Made by a program: the position numbers and the translations under genes. The notes under the pieces are model-generated. The model saw nothing but the letters and a program-made list of their open reading frames with translations, made no database searches and was not told the DNA's origin. This document shows, one piece after another, positions 18,969-29,805 of a DNA stretch of 64,000 nt. The DNA lies in assembly GCA_963724765.1 (NCBI GenBank), contig CAVRVY010000003.1, positions 992,001 to 1,056,000 of the forward strand, read 5' to 3'. Each line of letters starts with the position of its first letter. The first letter of the stretch is position 1. This stretch comes from an uncultured delta proteobacterium. Lineage in GTDB: Bacteria; Desulfobacterota; Binatia; Binatales; Binataceae.

Positions 18969-19201
18969 AGACTTTTACGAAACGACCGCGTTTCGGCTAT
19001 CAGGCGATAAAATCCGAGAAACACGCCGCCCAGCAGCCCGACCAGGGTCCAGATGGAGCCGGTATGAAAATGGGCGTCGATGTAATAGCCGGCGATCGAG
19101 CCGCCGATGATCGGCGAGAAAAGCTCGGCTCCGATAGCGGCATAGCGCCACAGGTTCGGCTTTCCCTCCGATGATTCCTCCAAAGGCGGTTGCTCTGACA
19201 T
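18965..19201 (-). CDS. atpZ: AtpZ/AtpI-family two-TM protein
   Basis: G...GYYID..F.T..IWTLVGLLGG...GFY pattern; first gene of the atp operon. Confidence 0.8.
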   Translation of the reverse strand: MSEQPPLEESSEGKPNLWRYAAIGAELFSPIIGGSIAGYYIDAHFHTGSIWTLVGLLGGVFLGFYRLIAETRSFRKSL

Positions 19202-19233
19202 TCAGGACCTGCGGGACTTCAGGGCTCTAAAAC

Positions 19234-20523
19234 TTACGCGACCTCGGCCAGCGACTCACTCGCCGCGGCGACAGTCCGGTCGATATCGGCCTCGCTATGG
19301 GCCAGCGACACGAACATTGCCTCGAATTGTGCGGGCGGCAGATAGATTCCGCGCTCGATCATCGCGTGAAAAAACCGCGCGAACAACGCCGTGTCCGCGT
19401 GGCGCGCCTCTTCGGCCTCGCGCACGATCTCGACTCCCAAAAATGCCGTCACCAGTGAGCCTACACGATTTATGCAACCCTTGCGGCCCGAGCGGTCGAG
19501 CGCCTCGGCCATCCCGCCGCCCAACCGCGCCGAAACCGCCTCCAATCGCTCGTAAGTGCCGGGCCGCGCAAGGATTTCCAGCGTCTTAAGCCCTGCGCGC
19601 ACCACCATCGGGTTACCCGATAGTGTCCCCGCCTGATAAACCGGACCAACCGGCGCGAGCAGGTCCATCAAATCGGCCCGCCCCGCGACCGCGCCAATCG
19701 GCATCCCGCCGCCGATCACCTTGCCTAACATAATCAGGTCGGGCTCGGCGCCATACATCTCGTGCGCGGTACCGTAGCGCAGGCGAAAGCCAGTTATCAC
19801 TTCGTCGCAGATAAGCAGCGCGCCATGACGATGCGCCAGATCGCCCAAATCCTTCAGAAAGCCGGGCGCGGGTGCCACCACGCCCATGTTGGCCGCGACC
19901 GGCTCGACGATAACCGCAGCGATCTCGCGGGGTTCCGCGAGAAAATAGCGCTCCACCGCCTCCAGCGAGTTGTAGCGTGCGACCCGGGTCAGCGCGGCCA
20001 GCGCCTCCGGTACGCCGGCGCTGTCGGGCACGCCCAGGGTCATCACGCCCGAACCGGCGCGCACCAGCAGGGCGTCGCTGTGACCATGATAACAGCCGTC
20101 GAACTTGATGATGCGGGAGCGGCCGGTGGCCGCGCGCGCGAGGCGAATTGCGGTCATCCCGGCCTCGGTGCCGGAGCTAACCAGGCGCACTTTGCGCGCC
20201 ATCGGGATGGCAGCGCAGATACGTTCGGCGATCGCGATTTCCAGCTCGGTTGGAGCCCCGTAGCCGAAGCCGTGCGCGCCCTGTTCGGAGAGCGCAGCGA
20301 CGACCTCGGGATGGGCGTGGCCAAGGATCGCGGGACCGTAGGATCCGACGTAGTCGATGAAGCGGTTGCCGTCGGCGTCGGTCACGGTCGCGCCTTCGCC
20401 GTGCGCGATGAAGAGCGTAGTGCCGCCGACCGCTTTCCATGCGCGCACGGGAGAGTTGACCGCGCCGGGGATGACGGCGGCGGCGCGGGCGAGCAGCGCT
20501 GCGGAAATTTTCTTTTCGATCAT
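19234..20523 (-). CDS. hemL: Glutamate-1-semialdehyde 2,1-aminomutase
   Basis: IPGAVNSPVRA, SSGTEA, FDGCYHGH, DEVITGFR, GKVIGGGMP, YQAGTLSGNP. Confidence 0.96.
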   Translation of the reverse strand: MIEKKISAALLARAAAVIPGAVNSPVRAWKAVGGTTLFIAHGEGATVTDADGNRFIDYVGSYGPAILGHAHPEVVAALSEQGAHGFGYGAPTELEIAIAERICAAIPMARKVRLVSSGTEAGMTAIRLARAATGRSRIIKFDGCYHGHSDALLVRAGSGVMTLGVPDSAGVPEALAALTRVARYNSLEAVERYFLAEPREIAAVIVEPVAANMGVVAPAPGFLKDLGDLAHRHGALLICDEVITGFRLRYGTAHEMYGAEPDLIMLGKVIGGGMPIGAVAGRADLMDLLAPVGPVYQAGTLSGNPMVVRAGLKTLEILARPGTYERLEAVSARLGGGMAEALDRSGRKGCINRVGSLVTAFLGVEIVREAEEARHADTALFARFFHAMIERGIYLPPAQFEAMFVSLAHSEADIDRTVAAASESLAEVA

Positions 20524-20973
20524 GCTTGAGCTTTGCTCGCTAACATTTGCCGACCTGCCAGTCAAACATGCGTAACCGTCTCGTGTAGCAAGAAATTGCG
20601 CTTACACAACGGCTCCCAGAGCCAACGTGCGCGATCCGTGAAAATCACCGCGCAGCGACGCGATCGCAGGGTCAATTCCATTTTCACGATTCCTGAAAAA
20701 AATCGCGCGCTTGTGAACATGTGATCAATTTTACTTGAGCCATCTGTGCAAAGGGTCTATCACGTTCTCTTCGCCGACACACTTCACACGCGGACGCGCA
20801 TATCGCGCGCAAGCCGCCGTGGCGAGTGGCGTCAGGATCAAAGTGGCCGCAAGGCGCTCGATCTGCTCACTGGATTTTTTTGAACTTGAGTCCATTAAAG
20901 AGGACCGCGATGGCCCAGGTTGATAGACCATCGTGCGGTGCGCCGCATTACTGTCTGGCGACGAGGGGAAAGT

Positions 20974-20999
20974 AGCTTATCCACAGGTGTGGATAAGCT
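20974..20999. promoter_or_regulatory. Two perfect inverted DnaA boxes forming a 12-bp inverted repeat upstream of dnaA
   Basis: TTATCCACA at 20977-20985 and TGTGGATAA at 20988-20996. Confidence 0.92.
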
Positions 21000-21089
21000 T
21001 GTGCGTAATTCAGTCGGCGGCCTGCTCGATTCGGTGGGAGGACCGCGTGTCCCGGGTGATGGCTCATTGACTTCCGGGGGAGGGGAAAC

Positions 21090-22439
21090 ATGGAAGGTTT
21101 GTGGCAGAGAACTGCGGACCGGATACGAGATTCGCTGGGCCAGGTAGGATTCGAGACCTGGATTGGACCGCTAAACTTCCTGGGTATGCAGGGGCGCATC
21201 GCCACTATCGAAGCTCCCAACCGTTTTTTTCGCGACTGGGTAAGCGATCGCTATCTCGAACTGCTCCGCCAATCGCTCTCGGCGGAGGTCGGGCAGTCGG
21301 TCGACGTCAAGCTTACGCTGGGACTGGCCGGCAACAGCACGCTGCATGAGGCGGTGCGGCGCACGCTACCGCCGGCTGCCCCGACGGCCGAGGCGCCCAC
21401 GCGCGACCGCCATCCGCAACTCAATGAGCGCCACACCTTTAACGAATTCGTGGTCGGCTCGGCCAACCAGTTCGCCCATGCGGCGGCGCTGGCGGTCGCC
21501 AACCAGCCGGGCGTGAAATACAACCCGCTCTTCATCTATGGCGGGGTGGGCCTGGGCAAGACCCACCTGGTGACCGCGATTGGCCATCAGTTGTGGAACA
21601 GCGGCAAACGCAACGTGCTGTTCATGCCGGCCGAGCTTTTCATGAACGAGCTGATAACCTCGCTTCGGCGCGACCGGATGGGCGAGTTCAAGGAGAAGTT
21701 CCGCCGCGTCGACGCGCTCATCCTCGACGACGTGCAATTCCTGGCCGGACGCGAGCGGACGCAGGAGGAGTTTTTTCATACCTTCAACTCGCTGCACTCC
21801 GACAAGCATCAGATCGTGCTGACCTCGGACAAGGTGCCGCGCGAGATTCCGGGACTCGAGGAGCGACTGCGCAACCGTTTCGAGTCGGGGCTTATCGCCG
21901 ATGTCGCGCCGCCCGACCTCGAGACGCGGGTCGCAATCGTGCAAAAGAAGGCGGCGCACGACAGCATGAGTTTACCCTCCGACGTGGCGCTCTATATCGC
22001 GCAGAACGTCTCCTCCAACGTGCGCGAACTCGAGGGATGTCTCACGCGGCTGGCGGCGCTGGCCTCGATGGACCGTGCCCCGGTGACGGTGGAGTTCACC
22101 CGCCAGGCGCTCCACGACCTCATCCGCGTGCAGGACCATCGCCCCGGCATCGATGGCATTCAGAAGACGGTCGCCGACTTCTTCCATATCCGGCTGGTCG
22201 ACCTGAAGTCGAAAAAACGCACCCAACACATCGCGTTTTGCCGCCAGGTGGCGATGTACCTGTGCCGCAAGCTCACCGACAACTCGTTTCCGGTCATCGG
22301 CGAGCATTTCGGACGCGATCACTCCACCGTGATCCACGCTTACAACCTGATCGCGCGCCGGGTGGGCAACGATTCGGCCTTCCGCATGTCGATCGAAAAA
22401 ATCGAGCGCGAACTCAAGATCGATCAGCGGACCGCGTGA
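21090..22439 (+). CDS. dnaA: Chromosomal replication initiator DnaA
   Basis: YNPLFIYGGVGLGKTHL, LDDVQF, QEEFFHTFN, NVRELEG, GRDHSTV. Confidence 0.99.
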   Translation: MEGLWQRTADRIRDSLGQVGFETWIGPLNFLGMQGRIATIEAPNRFFRDWVSDRYLELLRQSLSAEVGQSVDVKLTLGLAGNSTLHEAVRRTLPPAAPTAEAPTRDRHPQLNERHTFNEFVVGSANQFAHAAALAVANQPGVKYNPLFIYGGVGLGKTHLVTAIGHQLWNSGKRNVLFMPAELFMNELITSLRRDRMGEFKEKFRRVDALILDDVQFLAGRERTQEEFFHTFNSLHSDKHQIVLTSDKVPREIPGLEERLRNRFESGLIADVAPPDLETRVAIVQKKAAHDSMSLPSDVALYIAQNVSSNVRELEGCLTRLAALASMDRAPVTVEFTRQALHDLIRVQDHRPGIDGIQKTVADFFHIRLVDLKSKKRTQHIAFCRQVAMYLCRKLTDNSFPVIGEHFGRDHSTVIHAYNLIARRVGNDSAFRMSIEKIERELKIDQRTA

Positions 22440-22685
22440 CGGCCTCTAACAACTCTGTGGAAAAGTCCTCTACAATAACCACAGTATCGACAGGAAGGGG
22501 GACGCAACGGCGGCGAGTGCGATTGCGGACTGGAGGCGATGCACCGTTTGCCCACTGGCAATCGTGCTACGATTACGAAGGGTTGCGCCGCCCATCAACA
22601 AATTCACAGGGCCTACTGCTATCTTAAAGATCTTTTAGATCTAATTAGATCTTAAGATCAGTAGAGCGCAGCGACGAGAGGATAA
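22440..22685. other. oriC: Probable oriC in the dnaA-dnaN spacer: degenerate DnaA boxes, GC motif, DnaA-trios and AT-rich GATC-repeat unwinding element
   Basis: TGTGGAAAA, ATAACCACA, GTATCGACA, CCATCAACA-AATTCACA-GGGCC-TACTGCTAT, then AGATCT x3 and AGATCA at 22628-22660. Confidence 0.8.
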
Positions 22686-23828
22686 ATGGAACTGGTAATC
22701 GAGCGCGCGGTGCTGCAGAGCAGCCTGTCGCTGGTTCAGGGAATCGTGGAGCGGCGCAACACGGTGCCAATCCTCGGGCACGTGCTGCTCGAGCCCAACG
22801 GCGCCAGCTTGCGTCTGGCCGCCACCGACCTCGAAGTCGGTATCCGCACCGAAATTCCCTGCCGCGTCGACAAGAAAGGCAGCGTCACGCTCAACGCGCG
22901 CAAACTATTCGAAATCGTACGCGAGGCCGAGGGTGCAGAGGTGGCATTCAAGTCGCTCGACAACGATTGGGTCGAGCTCAAGTGCGGGCGGGCGAAATTC
23001 AAAATGATGGGGCTCGATCCGCGGAGTTTCCCGGCGATGCCCAGCCAGGCGCAGGCGAAACCGCAGGGCGACGCCGCCCGCAGGGCGGTCAAAGGTGACC
23101 TCACGATCGCCACGCGCGTGCTGGCGACGATGATCGACAAGACCATCTTCGCCGTCAGCCCCGACGAAGCGCGCTACAACCTGGGCGGGGTGTTGGTCGA
23201 GGCGGCTTCCAAGGGCGTCGCCCGGATGGTCGCTACGGACGGGCATCGGCTCTCGATGATCGAACGCGAGGCCGAGGGTTTCGAGATGCAGGGCAACGCG
23301 ATCATCCCGCGCAAGGGCCTGGCCGAACTGCGCAAGCTGCTCGATCAGGAGGGCGAGGAGCAGGTGCAGTTGATGCTCGACGGGCAGCTCGCGTGGCTCA
23401 AGCGCGGCGCAACAGAGGTTTCGATGCGCCTGGTCGAAGGCGAATTTCCCGACTACCGGGGCGTAATCCCCAAGCAATCGAAGTACGCCGTCGCCGTCGG
23501 GCGCGACGCGCTGCTCAACGCGATCAAGCGGGCGGCGATTTTCTCCAACGAGCGCTATCACGGCGTCAAGCTGGGACTCGCAAGCGGCGCGCTGACCGTC
23601 TCTTCGACCAGCCCCGAGATGGGTGAGGCGAGCGAGACCATCGACGTCGATTTCAACGGCGACGAGTTCTCGATCGGCTTCAACGCCGCCTATCTAATCC
23701 AGGCGCTGGGCGTGATGCCGGCGGAGAGCGATGCCAGCCTGGGGCTCAGCGACGAAGTCAGTCCCGGCGTGATCAGTTCGTCGACGGACTCGCAGTTCAC
23801 CTACGTGGTGATGCCGATGCGGCTGTAG
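22686..23828 (+). CDS. dnaN: DNA polymerase III beta clamp
   Basis: ATDLE, ATDGHRL, RLVEGEFPDY, IGFN, YVVMPMRL. Confidence 0.98.
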   Translation: MELVIERAVLQSSLSLVQGIVERRNTVPILGHVLLEPNGASLRLAATDLEVGIRTEIPCRVDKKGSVTLNARKLFEIVREAEGAEVAFKSLDNDWVELKCGRAKFKMMGLDPRSFPAMPSQAQAKPQGDAARRAVKGDLTIATRVLATMIDKTIFAVSPDEARYNLGGVLVEAASKGVARMVATDGHRLSMIEREAEGFEMQGNAIIPRKGLAELRKLLDQEGEEQVQLMLDGQLAWLKRGATEVSMRLVEGEFPDYRGVIPKQSKYAVAVGRDALLNAIKRAAIFSNERYHGVKLGLASGALTVSSTSPEMGEASETIDVDFNGDEFSIGFNAAYLIQALGVMPAESDASLGLSDEVSPGVISSSTDSQFTYVVMPMRL

Positions 23829-23840
23829 GCTGGCACCGGG

Positions 23841-25781
23841 TCAGTGCCGGCCCTCGACCGCGTTGGCCGGCGGTACGGCGGCCGGTGACACGGCGACCAG
23901 GACTTCCTTGTTGAGCACGTGCTGGCGCGCCTCGAAGGGAAAAGCTTCCTCGCTGGCGACGACCTTGCTCGAGCCGTCAAGCTGATCTGCAAGGCCAACG
24001 CGGTCGCGCCGCCGCACGATCACCCATCGCAGCTTCCTCTCTAGCGCGTCGTGCTTCAACTTGCCCGCATCGTCGTAGTACGGGAGCGGATCCGGCAGGT
24101 CGAGGTAGTAGAGCGGACCGACCGTCTTATATAGCACCACGCCGGTAGTCGCCTGGCCCATCTGGCGGCGGATGTCTTCGGCGAAGCGCTTCTCGCCGCG
24201 CCACTTGTCAGCGGCGGGCATCGCGAAGATGAAAAGGTAAGCCAGGAAAAGCGTTCCGGCGACCGCAGTGGACGCCGCGACCTGCCGCGTGTCGAAGCGC
24301 TTGAGTGTGTAGAGCACCGCGAGCAGCGAGACCGCCCAGCAAATCGCATAAATAACGCGGTCCGGCGCCGGCGGCAGCGTCGCCATCGGTCCTTTAAAGA
24401 TCCATTGCGGTGGAATCATCACGATCGCGCCGCCGGCAACCGCAATCGCGATCACCGCGTAACCAAGGCCGAGCAGCCGGCGTCCCAGCGGCGAGAGCGC
24501 CTGGACCGGCGTGGCGAGCGTCCGCGCAACCAGCAGCGCTCCGGCCGGCAGAATCGGCAACAGGTAGTAGCTACGGCGCGATCCGGAGAGCGTGAAAAAG
24601 ATGAACGTCGCCCAAAAATAGATCAGCGCGAAGCGATGGCCGCGCTCAGCAGCGCTGGTTTGGCCGGCAGGCGGTTTGCGATGGGCCTCGGCAAGCGCGG
24701 CGGGCAGGAAGGCCGACCACGGCATCATCAGGGCAAAAATGACGTAGCAATAAAGATAGATTGGGCCGCGATGGTCGAACGGATGGAAAAACCGCACCAC
24801 GTTTTCGCGATACACCATCTCCAGACCCTTCTCGGAACCGGTGCGCGCGGCCGAGATCGCAAACGGCACGTAATAGACCGCCGCGCCGAGCGGAATCGCA
24901 ACCAACGATTTCCAGTTGAAGAGCCATCGGTTGCGCTCGATGAGCCATCCGATTCGCCCAACGACTGAGCCGCGCGAAAGCCGCCGTCCCAGTTCGGCCC
25001 ATCCGTCCGCCAGGCACGAGTATAACCCGAGCACCATCAACGGCAGCACGTAACCTAGCAGTCCCTTGGTGAGCGACGTCGCCGCCATCACCAGCCACAG
25101 TCCGACCACCCACCATCCGTCCTGCCGTTGCTCATTGCGCAGGAAAAGCGCGAACGCCGCCAACTCTCCCGTGACGGTTTCGACGTCGGCCGAGGCATGA
25201 CGTGAAAAAAAGACGAAGCTAAGGCTGGTGGCCAGGATGAGTCCCGAAAGCAATGCGCTGCGAGCGTCATAAAGGCGCCGCCCAACCAGCATCACCAGCC
25301 ATACGCCGAGCAGTCCGGCGATCGCGCAGGGCAGACGCGCCGAGGTCTCGTCGAGTCCTCCGGTCAACCTGGTCGCCGCGAGTACCAGCCAGTATGAACC
25401 AAGCGGCTTGTCGAAGTAGACCCGGCCGTTGATCGTCGGCCAGAAGTAGCGCGCCGTAAGACGCATCTCCCGCGCGATTTCGGCCCAGCGGAATTCCGAT
25501 GACCAAAGCGCGCGCGCCCCCAGTCGGGCAAAGAACATCACCGCCGCCAGCACCAGCACGGCAGTAGCGGCGGCGCGCCATGAGACGGCGTAACCGAAGA
25601 TCTCGATTGAGGCTTCGCGGGTCGCGTCGCCAGCCTGTGGCGATTTGCCGGCGGCGGAGGATGGCTCGGCGTCGATGCGCTCGTCGGCACGGCGCGGGTC
25701 GGCGGTACTTTCCATTTCGCGATCAGGTTCGCAGCCCGCTCCGCGGGGTTCAAGTACCCGCGCGAGCCGATGCGCGCTCAA
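23841..25781 (-). CDS. ArnT/PMT-like GT-C glycosyltransferase; true start may be 25715
   Basis: E.RWAEIAREM, YFDKP, ARLP, LTKG, YYLLP; multi-TM. Confidence 0.85.
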   Translation of the reverse strand: MSAHRLARVLEPRGAGCEPDREMESTADPRRADERIDAEPSSAAGKSPQAGDATREASIEIFGYAVSWRAAATAVLVLAAVMFFARLGARALWSSEFRWAEIAREMRLTARYFWPTINGRVYFDKPLGSYWLVLAATRLTGGLDETSARLPCAIAGLLGVWLVMLVGRRLYDARSALLSGLILATSLSFVFFSRHASADVETVTGELAAFALFLRNEQRQDGWWVVGLWLVMAATSLTKGLLGYVLPLMVLGLYSCLADGWAELGRRLSRGSVVGRIGWLIERNRWLFNWKSLVAIPLGAAVYYVPFAISAARTGSEKGLEMVYRENVVRFFHPFDHRGPIYLYCYVIFALMMPWSAFLPAALAEAHRKPPAGQTSAAERGHRFALIYFWATFIFFTLSGSRRSYYLLPILPAGALLVARTLATPVQALSPLGRRLLGLGYAVIAIAVAGGAIVMIPPQWIFKGPMATLPPAPDRVIYAICWAVSLLAVLYTLKRFDTRQVAASTAVAGTLFLAYLFIFAMPAADKWRGEKRFAEDIRRQMGQATTGVVLYKTVGPLYYLDLPDPLPYYDDAGKLKHDALERKLRWVIVRRRDRVGLADQLDGSSKVVASEEAFPFEARQHVLNKEVLVAVSPAAVPPANAVEGRH

Positions 25782-25915
25782 GCGCTTTCGGAATCGCGCT
25801 TGCGCGCGCCGCGATCGTCCTCGGAATTCTCCCCGGATAGAAACGCTGCTCCGGCGCGTGCTACCGTTAAAAACCTCCGGCCTCCGCCGGCAAGCTCCCG
25901 GGAGAGATGATCGCT

Positions 25916-28000
25916 ATGAGCGACGAGCACGGCCAAGAGGCCTCCGGGCGCAAGCCCAACCGCCTAATCAACGAGCAGAGTCCCTACCTGCGCCAGCACG
26001 CGCACAATCCGGTGGATTGGTACGCGTGGGGTGACGAGGCCCTAGCGCGGGCACGTGCGGAGAACAAGCCGGTCCTGCTCTCCATCGGCTATTCGGCATG
26101 CCATTGGTGCCACGTGATGGAGCGCGAGTCGTTCGAGAACGAACAGATCGCTCAGTTGATGAACGAAAACTTTGTTTCAATCAAAGTCGATCGCGAGGAG
26201 CGTCCCGACCTCGACCAGATTTACATGGATGCCGTCCAGCTCCTGACCGGGCGTGGGGGTTGGCCGCTCACGGTCTTCCTGACGCCCGACGGCGAGCCAT
26301 TTTACGGCGGCACCTACTTTCCGCCCGAGGATCGCCAGGGGATGCCCGGCTTTCCGCGTGTGCTGACCGCGATCGCCGACGCGTATCAGACGAAGCCCGC
26401 CGATATCCGTCAGAACGTCGAGCGCCTCGGCAAGGGGCTAGCGGGACTCGCGGAGTTCAATCCTGATGGCGGCGAGCTCAGGCCCGATATGGCGGAGACC
26501 GGAGCGCGCGCGCTGGCCGAGCATTACGACCGGATCAACGGCGGCTTGGGACACGCGCCCAAGTTTCCCAACAGTTTCGTGTTTTCGCTATTTTTGCGGA
26601 TGCATCAGGCGACCGGCGACCTCGAATTCGGCCACATAGTGCGCGAGACGCTGACCAAAATGGCCAAGGGCGGCATCTACGACCAGCTCGGCGGCGGATT
26701 CCATCGCTACAGCGTGGACGATCGATGGCTGGTGCCGCACTTCGAAAAGATGCTCTACGACAACGCGTTGCTGGCGCGGCTTTACCTCGACGCCGGCCGT
26801 GCGCTCGGCGAGCCCGAGTTCCTGACGGTGGCTCGCGAGATTCTCGATTACGTGCTGCGCGAGATGACCAGCCCCGAGGGCGGTTTCTACTCGACCCAGG
26901 ACGCGGACAGCGAGGGCGAAGAGGGCAAGTTCTTCGTCTGGACGCCCGCTGAGTCGCGGGCGGTGCTCGGTGAGGAGCTGAGCGCGGTTGCCGAGCGTTA
27001 CTTCGATATCACCGCCGAGGGCAATTTTGAGGGCGCCAACATCCTGCATCGCACGATCAGCATCGATGAGGCGGCCCGGCTGTTCAAAAAAACCCCGCAG
27101 GAGATGGAACGCGCGATCGGCGAGATTCGCCGCCGTCTGTTCGAGGCGCGCGAGCGGCGGATCAAACCGGCGCGCGACGAAAAAATCCTCGCCGCGTGGA
27201 ACGGGATGATGATCGGCGCGCTGGCCGAAGGCTTCCGCGCGCTCGGCGACGAGCGCTACCTGAGGGCGGCGGCGCGCGGCGCGGAGTTCGTGATGACGCG
27301 CCTGTGGGACGGCCACGCGCTCAGGCGCTCGTACAAGGACGGCGTCGCGCGTTTCAACGGCTACCTGGAGGACTACGCGCTGTTCGCGGACAGTCTAATC
27401 GATCTTTACGAAGCCTCGCTCGACGGCCGCTATCTCGACCTGGCGCGGACGATGGCCGACGCGATCCTCGAGCGCTTCCTCGATACCGAAAAGGGCGGGT
27501 TCTTCTTTACCTCGGCCAACCATGAGCGGTTGATTACGCGCTCGAAGGCGGTCTTCGACGGCTCGACCCCCTCGGGCAACAGCGCGGCGGTGATGGCGCT
27601 GCTGAGGCTTCACGGCTACACCGGCGAAGAGCGCTACTTCGTCGAAGCGCGGCGCACGCTCAGCCTGCTTCGCAGCTTCGTCGAGCAGCAGCCGTTCGCG
27701 TTCTCGCACATGCTCGAGGCGATCGACCTCTATCAGCGCGGTGCCGCAGAGATCGTGGTCGTGGGCGAGCGCGGCGCGGCCGGCCTGGAGGAATGGATCG
27801 AGCGGCTAGGCCTGCTCTACCTGCCCAACCGCGCGCTGTTCCTTGCTGACCCGCACGCTTCGGCCAGCGGCTTCGTGCCGGAGGCGGTGCGAGGCAAATC
27901 GCAGGTCGACGGCAAGTTGACCGCCTACGTGTGCCGCGAGCGTACCTGCACCGCGCCGATTACGTCGTTCGACGCGCTCAGGGGGGAGTTGGGAGGTTGA
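25916..28000 (+). CDS. YyaL/SPATA20-like thioredoxin-domain protein (DUF255)
   Basis: [49 protein letters not shown]. Confidence 0.93.
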   Translation: MSDEHGQEASGRKPNRLINEQSPYLRQHAHNPVDWYAWGDEALARARAENKPVLLSIGYSACHWCHVMERESFENEQIAQLMNENFVSIKVDREERPDLDQIYMDAVQLLTGRGGWPLTVFLTPDGEPFYGGTYFPPEDRQGMPGFPRVLTAIADAYQTKPADIRQNVERLGKGLAGLAEFNPDGGELRPDMAETGARALAEHYDRINGGLGHAPKFPNSFVFSLFLRMHQATGDLEFGHIVRETLTKMAKGGIYDQLGGGFHRYSVDDRWLVPHFEKMLYDNALLARLYLDAGRALGEPEFLTVAREILDYVLREMTSPEGGFYSTQDADSEGEEGKFFVWTPAESRAVLGEELSAVAERYFDITAEGNFEGANILHRTISIDEAARLFKKTPQEMERAIGEIRRRLFEARERRIKPARDEKILAAWNGMMIGALAEGFRALGDERYLRAAARGAEFVMTRLWDGHALRRSYKDGVARFNGYLEDYALFADSLIDLYEASLDGRYLDLARTMADAILERFLDTEKGGFFFTSANHERLITRSKAVFDGSTPSGNSAAVMALLRLHGYTGEERYFVEARRTLSLLRSFVEQQPFAFSHMLEAIDLYQRGAAEIVVVGERGAAGLEEWIERLGLLYLPNRALFLADPHASASGFVPEAVRGKSQVDGKLTAYVCRERTCTAPITSFDALRGELGG

Positions 28001-28026
28001 GGGCCGGTGTCGGCTGAGTAGGCTGG

Positions 28027-28971
28027 ATGGCGATTCACGACGCAGCGCGACGCGCTGCTACGGCTGTATCTTCGGGGCCGCCGTTCGAGCCAATGGCGCT
28101 CAACCGGCCGGCTGTCGCCGCGCGCTCCGCGCTCAAAGTTGCGGTGTTGAACGCCGCCGGCGGCGCGGACCTCCACGCGATCCTCGCCTGTCTCGCGCGT
28201 CCGCCGCTGGCCGATGCGGGTACCCTGATGCTGTGCGAGGCGAGCTGGCGAATGCCGCGCCATCGGCTGGTCGAATTCGCGCCTGATCTCGCCGCGGCGC
28301 TCAAGATGAGTTTCGCATTCCTGCCATCGTTCGGACGTGTCGGAGGAGGCGGCGAGGTCCGTGCCATCGGCAATGCGATCCTGTGTGCGCAACCGCTCGA
28401 CGGCTTTCGTGCGGTTGCGCTGTCCAGGCCGCCGTTTCGGTTTCACCCGAACCCGCTGGTCGGCGCGCATCAGGGATTACTCGCGAGCATCAACGTCGGC
28501 GGCCGCCGCGTGACGATGGGAGTCGCGCATCTGGAGCGGCGATGGGATCCCGAGGGGCGCGGGCGGCAGATGGAAGATTTCCTGAGCGCGATTGGCAACG
28601 AGACGCCGGTCATTATCGGCGGCGACCTCAACACGACCACGATGGACATGGACCGGCGCTGGTCGCTGTTACGAGCGGTCGCGGCGATAGCCTTGCGTCC
28701 GAGGCGCTTTCGCGAGCCGCAGCCGTACGAGCCGCTTTTCGAGCGGATTAGCGCGCACCGATTTTCGATTGAAGGGGCAAATGTTCCGGCCGTGCCAACG
28801 TTCACCTTCAGCCGCCTGGTGCCGCCGCTCTGGCGGCCGAAGCTCGATTGGATCGCGGCGCGTGGAATCGAGCCGATGCAAGGATCGGCCATGGTCGTGC
28901 CCGCGCGCACTTCAATCGTGGGACGCAGAGTCTCCGACCACGACTTCGTCCTATGTAAATTCCGTCTGTGA
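28027..28971 (+). CDS. Endonuclease/exonuclease/phosphatase-family protein
   Basis: GNAIL, IGGDLNT, KLDWI, SDH. Confidence 0.85.
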   Translation: MAIHDAARRAATAVSSGPPFEPMALNRPAVAARSALKVAVLNAAGGADLHAILACLARPPLADAGTLMLCEASWRMPRHRLVEFAPDLAAALKMSFAFLPSFGRVGGGGEVRAIGNAILCAQPLDGFRAVALSRPPFRFHPNPLVGAHQGLLASINVGGRRVTMGVAHLERRWDPEGRGRQMEDFLSAIGNETPVIIGGDLNTTTMDMDRRWSLLRAVAAIALRPRRFREPQPYEPLFERISAHRFSIEGANVPAVPTFTFSRLVPPLWRPKLDWIAARGIEPMQGSAMVVPARTSIVGRRVSDHDFVLCKFRL

Positions 28972-29049
28972 TGGGCGGCGGGTTCGTCTCCTCGCGGTCA
29001 TCGGGTAAAATTACCTGGGTTCGATGAAATTGTCTGAGGAGTAAGTCTG

Positions 29050-29544
29050 ATGAGTGATTCCCGCACCGCGCCGGGCAGTTCAGCCGATCATTGGCGCGAC
29101 CACGGTGTCCAGGTGATCCCTGCCGACCAGCTTGACCCGGACACGGCACAGACGCCGGGGATGTCACGGGCGGCGGCGATCAACTACGCCCGCGCCGGAG
29201 CACAAAAGATCTGGGCTGGCACGGTGAAAATCCAGGCCAACGCGAAGACCGGCGCCCATCATCATGGAGAACTCGAAAGCGTCATCTACGTTGTCGCGGG
29301 CCACGCGCGGATGCGCTGGGGCGAACATCTCGAATACGTCGCTGAAGCCGGACCGGGTGATTTTATTTTCATCCCGCCGTTCGTGCCGCATCAGGAAATC
29401 AACGCTTCGCCTGACGCGCCGTTGTCCTGCGTGGTGGTGCGCAGCGGCCGGGAGGCAGTGGTGATCAATCTCGATATCGAGCCGGCCGAGCGCCCCGAGG
29501 CGGTGTTCTGGGTCGATCCAATTCACCGCCATCCACAGGGCTGA
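29050..29544 (+). CDS. Cupin-domain protein
   Basis: TGAHHHGELES...GPGDFIFIPPFVPHQE. Confidence 0.9.
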   Translation: MSDSRTAPGSSADHWRDHGVQVIPADQLDPDTAQTPGMSRAAAINYARAGAQKIWAGTVKIQANAKTGAHHHGELESVIYVVAGHARMRWGEHLEYVAEAGPGDFIFIPPFVPHQEINASPDAPLSCVVVRSGREAVVINLDIEPAERPEAVFWVDPIHRHPQG

Positions 29545-29555
29545 AAAAGCACCGC

Positions 29556-29771
29556 TTAGCCGCGCTTGCGGATCCGCTCGGCCTCGGCCAGCAGCGTCGG
29601 ATAGCCGAACGGCGGTTGAACGCCGCTCAAGTCGAGATTGCCGAGACGGCGCGAATTCGTAATCATCGCGCCCGCCGCGTTGGCTACCGCGGCCGCGGCC
29701 TCGTCCGTCAGCTCGTAGCCGTATAACTCGCGCGCCATCGCCTTGGCCGTCTGTGCCGTCAGTTTTGCCAT
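29556..29771 (-). CDS. Small protein downstream of the amidase, possibly a GatC/AtzG-like subunit
   Basis: 71 aa, strong RBS (GGAGGGAGG), helical, ends L..LDLSGVQP. Confidence 0.6.
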   Translation of the reverse strand: MAKLTAQTAKAMARELYGYELTDEAAAAVANAAGAMITNSRRLGNLDLSGVQPPFGYPTLLAEAERIRKRG

Positions 29772-29805
29772 CGCCCTCCCTCCCGTGATTCATTCATCGT
29801 TGTAA

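Noticed and set aside
20731-21147. Short ORFs between hemL and dnaA (possible rpmH)
   Set aside because: None resembles L34 (MKRT.QP...); they overlap the DnaA boxes and promoter region.
22620-22662. AGATCT repeats as a CRISPR array or satellite
   Set aside because: Units are 6 bp with 2-4-nt gaps; better explained as the oriC unwinding element.
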